A DNA stretch of 29,390 nt from a virus (Duplodnaviria > Caudoviricetes): positions 1 through 29,390 of the IMG/VR virus record IMGVR_UViG_3300025015_000383, one strand, 5' to 3'. Under the pieces are notes generated by a model that had not been told where the DNA came from, searched no databases, and saw only the letters and a list, made by a program, of their open reading frames with translations. Both the position numbers and the translations under genes were made by a program. This document shows, one piece after another, positions 18,444 to 26,725 of this stretch. Every line of letters begins with the position of its first letter. Position 1 is the stretch's first letter.

Positions 18444-18907
18444 CTCTTTAAATTTAAATAAGTTGGTTTCCCGGAATAGATAATTTCTGACAAGTTAAAA
18501 CCTTCTTCCGGCACTAAAAAATTAATATTTTTGAACTGCTTTAATATCTCATGATCTGAAGCATCATGACTAAATCCCTCATGAGAGTAATCCTGACCCC
18601 TACCGGCTCCTGCAAGTATTACCGGGATGCTCTCATGGTCGAGGTATAGCCGAATCGCTTCCATTGGTCTGAAAATAAGAAATGGCGTGATTGTGTAAAC
18701 TACCGGGATACGACCCGACAAAGCTAATCCGACTGCCATAGTTATTGCTGCCTGCTCCGCTGCACCAACATTATAAAACTGATCCGGCATCTCTGATCTT
18801 ATACGGTCAGCATAAAAATAACCAAGGTCAATAGAAATAAGAATAATATTTTTATCCTTAACCATTAAATCATAAAGAGAATCAAAAAAGTACTTTCGCT
18901 GATTCAT
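18440..18907 (-). CDS. Transketolase-like pyrimidine-binding subunit (short, lacks the C-terminal domain)
   Basis: DLGY, FYNVGAAEQAAITMAVGLALSG, PFLIFRPMEAIR, GFSHDASD. Confidence 0.85.
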   Translation of the reverse strand: MNQRKYFFDSLYDLMVKDKNIILISIDLGYFYADRIRSEMPDQFYNVGAAEQAAITMAVGLALSGRIPVVYTITPFLIFRPMEAIRLYLDHESIPVILAGAGRGQDYSHEGFSHDASDHEILKQFKNINFLVPEEGFNLSEIIYSGKPTYLNLKR

Positions 18908-19451
18908 TTTTTCTTATTTTATGATCATATCTACTATGACATGGTACACACATTCTTTTAAAATCAGACTTATCTCTTATATATTTCCCTGAAAGATTTG
19001 CCCAATGATATTTTCTATTTGAGTCACTAAGTCCGCAAACTTCACATCCTATTGGTTGTCCCAAATGTTTTGTTACCCAGTCATGGATACCATAATAACC
19101 TACCTTTTCGCCTTTCCATTTAGGATGTTTCGTTTCATCCATTCCAATTCTCGACCTTCCATCATAAGCACCAAAACAATTGCGTGAACAAAATATTTTT
19201 TCACCCCAACGTTTTATCCCATAAGAAGAAGCGACACCTTTTTTATTATAACTGGCAATATTATAATATTTTTTACCACACTCTAAACAATATTTATATT
19301 TTTCCGTTACTCTTTGATCTATCTGTTTCCTTTTACCACGGATAGCTTCAAAATAGCAATCTCTTGAACAAAATTTAGTTTTCCAGTTTTGATTTTTAGG
19401 AGAAAAATCAACTCCGCATTGTTTACATTTTAGTATTCTCATTGTTCTCAT
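18882..19451 (-). CDS. Zinc-finger/His-Me (HNH-like) endonuclease, probably a free-standing homing endonuclease
   Basis: Two CxxC...FCSxxC repeats, HPKWKG, then IHDWV...CEVC...YHWAN...CVPCH; start placed at ATG 19451, coupled to the uORF stop. Confidence 0.7.
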   Translation of the reverse strand: MRTMRILKCKQCGVDFSPKNQNWKTKFCSRDCYFEAIRGKRKQIDQRVTEKYKYCLECGKKYYNIASYNKKGVASSYGIKRWGEKIFCSRNCFGAYDGRSRIGMDETKHPKWKGEKVGYYGIHDWVTKHLGQPIGCEVCGLSDSNRKYHWANLSGKYIRDKSDFKRMCVPCHSRYDHKIRKNESAKVLF

Positions 19452-19590
19452 AAAAATTGCCCATACCAATTACAGAGGCGATCCAGTCGTGTAATATTAC
19501 ACAATTTGGCAATGTAACTGATATGGGACTTTTTGTTTTTCATAACTGAATCGCATTACAAATATATAAAATAATCAAATCAACTGCAAA
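19448..19590 (-). promoter_or_regulatory. Structured leader B: promoter + 31-aa uORF + interleaved stems, upstream of the HNH-like gene
   Basis: TTTG (19590-19587)-20 nt-TATATTTG (19566-19559); GCGATTCAGT/ACTGGATCGC; CCCATATCAGTTACA/TGTAATTGGTATGGG; uORF 19543-19448. Confidence 0.7.
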
Positions 19591-19598
19591 TTTTCTTC

Positions 19599-20135
19599 TC
19601 ATGATATGTAAAAATATACTGCCCCGTAATCCGGGAGGCTGTTAAATGTTATTTCCGGATGCCTTAACTTAAATTCTGCCAAAGCCGTAACAACACCCTC
19701 AATATTTACCGTATCATCCATTACAACAAATAACCTCTTCTTCTTTGCGAATAATTCTGCAAGTTGTAAATCTAAAGTGACATATTCAAAAGAATGGTTG
19801 CCATCAATAAATAAAACGTCTGGCTCAATAAGTTCATACAATTTCCCTTTCAAAAACGCTTCATCAGTCATATCAAAATGAAACACATTATCACAATCTT
19901 TTGTATTATTATAAAATACCTCTCTTATTGCAGTAAATAAATCACCTTTTCCAACTCCATTCCCTGATGTATGTCCATCCTCAATAAATGGATCAATAGA
20001 ATAGAATGTCTTGTCAGGGAATTTATTGCTTAACATTGCGATTCCCTCCCCATCATATGAACCTATTTCTAAATATACCTGATTACTGTATAAGTTATCA
20101 GTTATTATTCCTTCGTATAATTGCCTCGCTAACAT
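19599..20135 (-). CDS. Class I SAM-dependent methyltransferase (Methyltransf_24-like, probable sugar O-methyltransferase)
   Basis: YLEIGSYDGEG, YSIDPF, DVLFIDGNHSFEYVTLD, VMDD motifs. Confidence 0.85.
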   Translation of the reverse strand: MLARQLYEGIITDNLYSNQVYLEIGSYDGEGIAMLSNKFPDKTFYSIDPFIEDGHTSGNGVGKGDLFTAIREVFYNNTKDCDNVFHFDMTDEAFLKGKLYELIEPDVLFIDGNHSFEYVTLDLQLAELFAKKKRLFVVMDDTVNIEGVVTALAEFKLRHPEITFNSLPDYGAVYFYIS

Positions 20136-20713
20136 CAGATAGTTATATAATGTGCTGATAATCCTTTTAATCCATAATCTTCCACTTTTGTATATCTTAT
20201 TTCAATCTTTGGGAATATATGTATAACATTCCATTGCATCCAATCTTCTATAGAATCATAAGCTGAAAACCCGTTCCAATTAATGTAAACCTTTAAGTTT
20301 GTGACATTATATTTTCTAATCACATTTGCAGACTCGTAGATAATGCCTTCAAAAGCCTCCCCGTCAGAAATAAGACAATAGACGTTTTTTGTCCTGTCTG
20401 CCAGTGCCATCCCTACTGATATACCAAGTCCCATTCCGAGTGACCCGGTTGAACAATATATTTTATCTTCTAAATCCCGATGCGGATGTGTGCCATGTTT
20501 TAAGTAAAGTTTTTCAGCATCAAAACCATAGTATTTTTCAAGGATGCAATAAAGAGATAGTCCAGCATGTCCGCAGGAAAGGACAAATGGCTCATCTTCT
20601 TTTTTAATCCGGTAAATCTCATCAATTATCCCTAAAGATGTATAACAAGATCCAAGGTGAGATAATTTGTATTTTTTAGCTATTTCTGTTATTCTGCCAA
20701 GCATTTTCTCCAT
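20135..20713 (-). CDS. Transketolase-like ThDP-binding N-terminal subunit (short)
   Basis: SHLGSC, LSCGHAG, HPHRD, STGSLGMGLGISVGMALA, SDGEAFEG...N ThDP motif. Confidence 0.87.
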   Translation of the reverse strand: MEKMLGRITEIAKKYKLSHLGSCYTSLGIIDEIYRIKKEDEPFVLSCGHAGLSLYCILEKYYGFDAEKLYLKHGTHPHRDLEDKIYCSTGSLGMGLGISVGMALADRTKNVYCLISDGEAFEGIIYESANVIRKYNVTNLKVYINWNGFSAYDSIEDWMQWNVIHIFPKIEIRYTKVEDYGLKGLSAHYITI

Positions 20714-20758
20714 TTATGCGATGCTTCCTTTCTTATTAATTTCATGTCTTGTGAGTTT

Positions 20759-21499
20759 TTAATAGCGTGACATTGATTCATAAGTTCTTTTTAATCCTTC
20801 ATACATTCCAATATCTTTTACTCCCTCTTTACATACCCAATCTTCATTGTCATAGATCCTTAAAGTCCCTGATGTGTATTTCAGTTTCTTCCCGGAAATC
20901 TGTTCTAACATTCTTACAACTTCGAGGTTTGATATTTTGATCCCAGCACCTATTCGAGTCGCCCCGGCAAATAATGCTTCAACTGCACAGTCAATATAAA
21001 CCCAGTCATGGCAGGCTCTTTCATCAAGTATCATCTCTGCACCTGTATTCAGACAATCTATGATGGTAGGAATAAACCGGTGTTTCTGTTCACCGGGGCC
21101 ATAAATAGAATAAGGCCGGACGTTAATCACATTCTTATACATCCCTGCCAGTTGTTCACCGCAAAGCTTCGTTATGGAATAATATGTAGGCTTATCAAAG
21201 AAAGTTACTGATGAAGTCGATAGATTATAAAATGTCTTATAATTAAATTCTTTAGCGGCCTCCAAAAGATTGTATGTTCCGATAATGTTAGCATTTACCA
21301 CTCCTATAAAATCTCTCTGATAATACTGGTTGCCATAGGCTGCGAGGTGGATAATCACATCAGGATTATTTAAATAAAATAACTGCTTGAGTTGCTCAAT
21401 TGACTGGTGCCGTGGGATGGAAAATACTGATTTACCCTCCAGGTACTTTGTTATCGCAGTTCCTAAAAAACCTGACTGCCCGGAAATATAATAATTCAT
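20759..21499 (-). CDS. NAD-dependent epimerase/dehydratase/reductase (extended SDR)
   Basis: GQSGFLG, IIHLAA, NIIGTYNLLEA, YSITK, RPYSIYGP; start reassigned to ATG 21499, which gives an ATGA overlap with the upstream gene. Confidence 0.88.
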   Translation of the reverse strand: MNYYISGQSGFLGTAITKYLEGKSVFSIPRHQSIEQLKQLFYLNNPDVIIHLAAYGNQYYQRDFIGVVNANIIGTYNLLEAAKEFNYKTFYNLSTSSVTFFDKPTYYSITKLCGEQLAGMYKNVINVRPYSIYGPGEQKHRFIPTIIDCLNTGAEMILDERACHDWVYIDCAVEALFAGATRIGAGIKISNLEVVRMLEQISGKKLKYTSGTLRIYDNEDWVCKEGVKDIGMYEGLKRTYESMSRY

Positions 21500-21726
21500 A
21501 ACAGTCCCCCGTCCGGATGATAGTGATCGTAAATAAGAATTCCTATTACAAATATAGCCCATGCAAGTGTAGGAATCCATGCATATTTCGTATTGCCACT
21601 ATAATCCTCTGCCATACCATAAAACATTAATCCCCCCAGTATTATAAGTAACGCAATAACAAAAACTGCAACTATATTTTCCCATATAGTCCCCCACTTT
21701 ACTTCCTTTAATCTTATTGTTTTCAT
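21496..21726 (-). CDS. Small membrane protein (two hydrophobic helices)
   Basis: IVAVFVIALLIILGGLMFYG and AWIPTLAWAIFVIGILIY; tightly packed in the operon. Confidence 0.65.
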   Translation of the reverse strand: MKTIRLKEVKWGTIWENIVAVFVIALLIILGGLMFYGMAEDYSGNTKYAWIPTLAWAIFVIGILIYDHYHPDGGLL

Positions 21727-21736
21727 AATTTTGATA

Positions 21737-23014
21737 TTAAAATTTCTTTACAACTTTTTCAATGTATTCAAATATTTCACCTCCATAATGCGGCGCAGCT
21801 CCAATAAAAAATACTTTATCGAGTACTTTGTTTGCCTCTGGATAGTTTCTGTAATCATCATGAAAAGCGTAACCGGGATGCATCAGAATATTACCTGTAA
21901 AATAATTCCTTGTCTGGATGAGGTGTTTTTCAAGGTGTGCGACTAACTTATTTTTTAATCCGTCCTCGCAAATAAAAGGAGTCCCAAACCAACAAACATC
22001 AGCCCTGCCTAATGTCTGAACCCCATGCACTCCTGGAATCTTACTTACAATTTTCTCTATTATTGTTTTTGAATGTTTTCGCCGGGCCTCAATCTCTGTA
22101 AATTTGTCGAGCTGGACCAATCCTATTGCACCCTGTAAATCAAGTGGTTTAAGATTATATCCCATGTTTGAAAATACGTATTTATGATCGACAATCCCGT
22201 CATAAGCTTCGAGCCATTTATCAAACCGGTGGCCGCATGATCCTTTCAGTAACATATTATCTGAACCGATACAATTACAATCCCGTCCCCAATGAGCTAT
22301 ACTTGTCATAATTTCCATCAGGCCTTTATCATTAGTACTGATCATACCTCCTTCCCCGGTACATAGTGTATGCGCGGCATAAAATGAACAGGATGAAGCG
22401 ATACTATATTCATTCAGGTATTTCCCGTTCCACTTTGTCCCCAGAGAATCGCAGTTATCCAGGATCGGTTTCAATCCATACACATCACATAAATACAAGA
22501 GTCGGTCAATGTCCGGCGGATTACCAAGTACAGGACTTAAGAATATCGCTTTGGTACGATATCCTATCTTTGATTCAATTTGATCTAAGTCAAAATTCAG
22601 GGTGTTCCATTCAATATCTACAAATACCGGGTTGAGCCTATTTTGATAAAGCACAGATATTGTTGTCGGAAATCCAACTGATGAAACAATAACCTCATCT
22701 CCGTCCTGCCAGTTATAATATTTTTTTAGAGCGGCAATCATAACCAAATTAGCCGATGATCCAGAATTGACCATTAAAGAATAACCAGAATTAAATTTCC
22801 TACTGAATGCCTTTTCAAAAACATTAACCTGGCCGCCTGATGAAATCCACGTACCGTTAAGGAATGTATTTATTGCCGCTTCACTTTCTTTATTGTCCCA
22901 GTATGGACCGGAATAAGGAATGACAGTTTTACCTGGTTTGAAGTTCACAGAATTATAAAGATATGGTGCAACATGATTGCCAACTAAAGATTCTATTTTA
23001 TCAGGTAATATCAT
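21737..23014 (-). CDS. rfbH: RfbH/DdhC-like CDP-4-keto-6-deoxyglucose 3-dehydrase (E1)
   Basis: VNSGSSANL, GFPTT, DNCDSLG, SFYAAHTLCTGEGG (catalytic His), WGRDCNC...CGHRF Fe-S cysteines, DHKYVFSNMGYNLK. Confidence 0.85.
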   Translation of the reverse strand: MILPDKIESLVGNHVAPYLYNSVNFKPGKTVIPYSGPYWDNKESEAAINTFLNGTWISSGGQVNVFEKAFSRKFNSGYSLMVNSGSSANLVMIAALKKYYNWQDGDEVIVSSVGFPTTISVLYQNRLNPVFVDIEWNTLNFDLDQIESKIGYRTKAIFLSPVLGNPPDIDRLLYLCDVYGLKPILDNCDSLGTKWNGKYLNEYSIASSCSFYAAHTLCTGEGGMISTNDKGLMEIMTSIAHWGRDCNCIGSDNMLLKGSCGHRFDKWLEAYDGIVDHKYVFSNMGYNLKPLDLQGAIGLVQLDKFTEIEARRKHSKTIIEKIVSKIPGVHGVQTLGRADVCWFGTPFICEDGLKNKLVAHLEKHLIQTRNYFTGNILMHPGYAFHDDYRNYPEANKVLDKVFFIGAAPHYGGEIFEYIEKVVKKF

Positions 23015-23748
23015 AGATCAAGTGTTAAAATATGTTTTGCTCTATATTCCTTATTTTGTCTTAATATTTCAAAAACTCTTTGGTTTATCTCCCATTTTGA
23101 CGGGTCCCATGCCGTTGAATGATGCTGATGAAGCACAATAGGGTTATCGGTTATTTCAACCTTCAATCCTAACATTGCTATCTGATGAAGGAAGTAATTA
23201 TCTTCATAAGCGCAACCATCTTTAAACCGTTCATCAAAACCATTTAACTTAATCAGGTTCTTTGTTGTAATTGCTGAACAGAAGTTATAACCTACCGGTC
23301 TTATCTCAGGATGATTATACCACGATCTTTGCCCATCCGTAGTGCATGGCCTATTCAGCATCTCGAATGACCCAGGCGTTTCGTCCTTGCCTAAAGAATA
23401 ACAACCAAAGGAAATATATGTTTTGTCCGTTACCTGTTTGGCACGGCTTAATATGTCCCCGTGATGATAGCACTCTGACTGTTGCATGATAATAATATCC
23501 GGGTTTTCCTGAATTGCATAGAATAAACCCATGTTAATAATGCCTGTATAGATATGCACCCACGGTTCGGTAGTGAATTTAATTACCCGGACTTTGTAAG
23601 GCAAATCAGGGAATATAATATCTTCTTTGCTGTTATCATCAACTATAATCACACTGAAATCTTTAGGATCGTATTGAAGTAACGACTTCAAAGTCCATTT
23701 TAAGGATTCCGGGCGGTTGATGTATGTCATTAAAATAACTACTTTCAT
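23011..23748 (-). CDS. GT2/GT7C-like glycosyltransferase
   Basis: TYINR, IIVDDNS, NGFDERFKDGCAYEDNYF, LHQHH. Confidence 0.85.
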   Translation of the reverse strand: MKVVILMTYINRPESLKWTLKSLLQYDPKDFSVIIVDDNSKEDIIFPDLPYKVRVIKFTTEPWVHIYTGIINMGLFYAIQENPDIIIMQQSECYHHGDILSRAKQVTDKTYISFGCYSLGKDETPGSFEMLNRPCTTDGQRSWYNHPEIRPVGYNFCSAITTKNLIKLNGFDERFKDGCAYEDNYFLHQIAMLGLKVEITDNPIVLHQHHSTAWDPSKWEINQRVFEILRQNKEYRAKHILTLDL

Positions 23749-24131
23749 GATTCCATTTCTAATTCGTTTCCGGTTAAAGCAAAGTAAAGGTTCTGAAGCT
23801 GATGGACATATTTAAATTCAGTCCAGCAACAATCATCAAAATTAAACTTAGGGTAAAAGAGTTTGCAATCCGTTTCTATTACAAATCTGTCATCCCCCTC
23901 CCACCCTATGCCCTCTTTATGTTCAAATACCTGACCATTAAGTCCAATGCTTTTAAATCCGAATTTTTCTAACCACAACTCGGTTAATGGGACAGGAATT
24001 GCCCAACCTGGATGTTCAGAAAGCGCATAAAATTCACTGGCTTTTATAGGCCTTATCTCATTAGGGAACTTTCCCCCTCCTGCAATTAGAAGCTCTACTA
24101 TATTCCCGATTCTTAATTCCTGTATTTTCAT
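23745..24131 (-). CDS. Conserved phage hypothetical protein
   Basis: ELRIGN...PVPLTELWLEKFGF...YVHQLQNLYFALTGNEL pattern, common in Bacteroidota phages. Confidence 0.7.
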   Translation of the reverse strand: MKIQELRIGNIVELLIAGGGKFPNEIRPIKASEFYALSEHPGWAIPVPLTELWLEKFGFKSIGLNGQVFEHKEGIGWEGDDRFVIETDCKLFYPKFNFDDCCWTEFKYVHQLQNLYFALTGNELEMES

Positions 24132-24760
24132 CTGAATATTCCTCCCATACTATGTGATTCCCGACAAGTTTTGAAGTAATACTGCTCATCCGCTGGCATA
24201 TCTTCAAATTTAAAGTAATACCACGGCATATGGCGACAGGTATATGGCCTGTTAGTCCTTATCCCTTTAGTTGAATGAAAAGGTACTTTGTATAATGCAA
24301 ACGTGGTATCGACAGGTGCGTCATAATACCTGCCATCAAGTGGATTCTGCCAGAATTGTATTTCCCAGTCAAGAGGACAAAAAGGTGTTTTTGGAAGGTC
24401 TTTTATTTCAAGTGAAAACCCGCATTTATCAAATTGAGGGTAACGATTTAATCCTTCCTCCAAAACACTCAGAAAGTCATCCGGAATGCCTGTTAAGTCC
24501 AAGTCAGGATCGGTGACAATGTAATTACCTGTTATTCCGAGCTTCTCCAAAAGGTTCTGTTCCCAGACTACCTTGTAACCGTAATTCTGAGGCATGCGGA
24601 TAATCTGATAAGGAGTTGTTTTGTAGTATTCTAATAATGGCGGGTAATCAGAATTGTTATCGACAAAAATAGGATCAACATTTATCTCCCAAAGCCAATC
24701 CGCAATTTTTACGGGCAGTTGCAAGCGATTGTACACAATGATAAATGCCTTACACTTCAT
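24128..24760 (-). CDS. GT-A fold (GT2-like) glycosyltransferase
   Basis: IIVYNR, FVDNNSDYPPLLEYY, YIVTDPDL (DxD), APVDTTFALY, RHMPWY; start reassigned to ATG 24760. Confidence 0.75.
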   Translation of the reverse strand: MKCKAFIIVYNRLQLPVKIADWLWEINVDPIFVDNNSDYPPLLEYYKTTPYQIIRMPQNYGYKVVWEQNLLEKLGITGNYIVTDPDLDLTGIPDDFLSVLEEGLNRYPQFDKCGFSLEIKDLPKTPFCPLDWEIQFWQNPLDGRYYDAPVDTTFALYKVPFHSTKGIRTNRPYTCRHMPWYYFKFEDMPADEQYYFKTCRESHSMGGIFR

Positions 24761-25337
24761 GACAAACAAAATATTCCGGTGTTTCAATCTTCTTACCTTC
24801 AAACTTCCGTAGTTGCTGGATGAACTGATAATCGTGACCATATCCGGCCTTTTCCCATTTCAACTTAAGGCGTGAAGCATGGCAGATATTCGAGGTTCCG
24901 CAATGACCGTACAAAGAAACGTCAATTTGCCGCTCAATGAACTCAGTGCCTGACCATCTGAAGTCGTTAAAATACAGCCAGTTCTCAGTATTATCCATCT
25001 GATCATTGATTTTCCGTAAATGATCCGGGCCATACTTATCGTCATTGTCAATATAGATAATATACTTACCTTTTGCGGCCTCAATACCGGCGTTCCGGGG
25101 TGTATTCGACCATAGCTCTTTACGTTCGACTCTTAAAAGATTAATCCGCTTATCGGTGAAATTGTGCTTAACTACAAATTCAGTTAAAGGGCATCCATCA
25201 GCCACTATGATTAACTCAAAGTTTTCGTATGACTGCTTTAAAACTGATTCCACAGCCCGGATGAGTTTTTTATCTTTGCCGGTCGCTGATCCCGGGTAGT
25301 CGGAAAGCAGGGATGCCATAATCACGCTAAACTTCAT
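24750..25337 (-). CDS. GT2 glycosyltransferase
   Basis: FSVIM, RAVESVLKQSYENFELIIVADG, RNAGIEAAKGKYIIYIDNDD; start reassigned to ATG 25337. Confidence 0.9.
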   Translation of the reverse strand: MKFSVIMASLLSDYPGSATGKDKKLIRAVESVLKQSYENFELIIVADGCPLTEFVVKHNFTDKRINLLRVERKELWSNTPRNAGIEAAKGKYIIYIDNDDKYGPDHLRKINDQMDNTENWLYFNDFRWSGTEFIERQIDVSLYGHCGTSNICHASRLKLKWEKAGYGHDYQFIQQLRKFEGKKIETPEYFVCHEV

Positions 25338-25338
25338 A

Positions 25339-25533
25339 CTATTTCCAATTAGTTGACCTAAATAAAAATCCACATAAAAGATTAATTCCTAAACTCTGCC
25401 AAAAAGTTAGTTTCATTAATCCAAATATTGTTGGCATAAGCCAATTCCAAAGCCACATTACTGGAAATGCCAAAAGAAGTCCAATTCCAATTATTAAAGC
25501 AATTACGCCCAAAATTTTAATTACTTCTTCCAT
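25339..25533 (-). CDS. Small membrane protein
   Basis: MEEVIKILGVIALIIGIGLLLAFPVMWLWNWLMPTIFGLMKLTFWQSLGINLL; start reassigned to ATG 25533. Confidence 0.7.
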   Translation of the reverse strand: MEEVIKILGVIALIIGIGLLLAFPVMWLWNWLMPTIFGLMKLTFWQSLGINLLCGFLFRSTNWK

Positions 25534-25537
25534 CTTG

Positions 25538-25661
25538 TCAGTTATTAAAAGCCCCGCAAACAAAAGGGCTATCAACTACACCCGAGGGGATAATTGCTTT
25601 TGTTTTTGGGGCTGTTACTGTTTTTGATTGCATAGTGTAGTTAATAGCCGTAACAAATTTA
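25538..25661 (-). promoter_or_regulatory. Structured leader C: promoter + 31-aa uORF + interleaved stems, upstream of the membrane protein/GT operon
   Basis: TAAATTTG 25661-25654; GGCTATTAACTACAC/GTGTAGTTGATAGCC; AGCCCC-AA-AAACAAAAG/CTTTTGTTT-GC-GGGGCT; uORF 25633-25538. Confidence 0.7.
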
Positions 25662-25682
25662 CACATTTTTTTGAATAAACAA

Positions 25683-26663
25683 CTAAAGCAAAGAATTTAT
25701 TATATCAACTCTCAAATCATTCACCTTCGATAAAAGCAAGCAATCGCAAACATACTCCCACGCCTCTTTTGTCAATTTAGTTTTATCTGCTTCGCCTGAA
25801 AGAACTGACCTGATCGCTTCGTAATAAGAAGGGCCGTCAGTATAAGGCAATGATCCGGGAGCGTTCCACCATGCAGGAGCAACACACACGGCCCCGAAGT
25901 AAGTCGCCTCAATATATGCGATATTGCTTTTTGCCCTGTTAAATAGATTGTCATGAAGTGGAACATGAAGACAGGACGGGGCCATATCAAAGAGAGTTTT
26001 CATGTACATGGCAATATCCAATGACGGGACGTGTCCTTTGTTATCTGTTTCAGTCAGGAACCAGGGCGAAAACCCGCAAAACATGAATCTCCATTCCGGG
26101 AACTCTTTAGTAGCTTCATTAATCTGCTTGCTGAATGACATCAGGTCAAAGATATGCGCCTCAGGACCACGCCAGACAATATGATTTGTCCGCTTTGGTA
26201 ATTCGGGACGTTTGAATAGCAAGTCATTTAAAGCGTTCGGGACAATATGAATATTCTTGTTAAAATCGCTGTATGCCTGCCTGAGGTATTCCGTTGGCAC
26301 ACTTACAACATCTGCCAGCTGCAGCATTGCTTTTATATTACCCTGAGTCTCAGGGTTGTTATAAAGTGCATAAGTCGGATTCTCAGGATTAAGAGCAAAA
26401 AGGTTATCATCATAGTCCAACCAGATTTTTACACCGCACTGTTTAGCATAACCGCAAACATTAAGCGACTCCTTTGAAAATGCCCTCTGATGGTAAATGA
26501 GATCGAACTGAGTCAAGAATGACCAGTTCATCGGGGCCTGGTTCATCTGTACCAGTGTAATGTTGTGTTTTGTTTTCCTGCGAAGGTCTTTTAAGACTCC
26601 TGCTGAGCGATAAAAACTGCAAGTATCTCCATTTTCAATAGTTAAAAAAAGTACTTCTGCCAT
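25683..26663 (-). CDS. GT-B fold (GT4-like) glycosyltransferase
   Basis: FYR, DYDDNLF, ADVVSVPTEYL, IVPNAL, PLHDNLFNRAKSNIAYIEA motifs. Confidence 0.8.
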   Translation of the reverse strand: MAEVLFLTIENGDTCSFYRSAGVLKDLRRKTKHNITLVQMNQAPMNWSFLTQFDLIYHQRAFSKESLNVCGYAKQCGVKIWLDYDDNLFALNPENPTYALYNNPETQGNIKAMLQLADVVSVPTEYLRQAYSDFNKNIHIVPNALNDLLFKRPELPKRTNHIVWRGPEAHIFDLMSFSKQINEATKEFPEWRFMFCGFSPWFLTETDNKGHVPSLDIAMYMKTLFDMAPSCLHVPLHDNLFNRAKSNIAYIEATYFGAVCVAPAWWNAPGSLPYTDGPSYYEAIRSVLSGEADKTKLTKEAWEYVCDCLLLSKVNDLRVDIINSLL

Positions 26664-26725
26664 AGGTTTTTAGCTTGTCTCCGATAGGCTGGAGGTTTTT
26701 GACTAAGTTTAATAATATCAATTAA

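Noticed and set aside
18440-20713. Intron-split single transketolase gene, or a pentose-phosphate auxiliary metabolic gene
   Set aside because: Each half has its own start and stop, an intact methyltransferase lies between them, and the context is nucleotide-sugar synthesis
26664-26725. Possible fourth structured leader between portal and the GT4-like gene (short CTCC/GGAG stem, AAAAACCT twice)
   Set aside because: No TAnnTTTG match, no uORF and only a 4-bp stem
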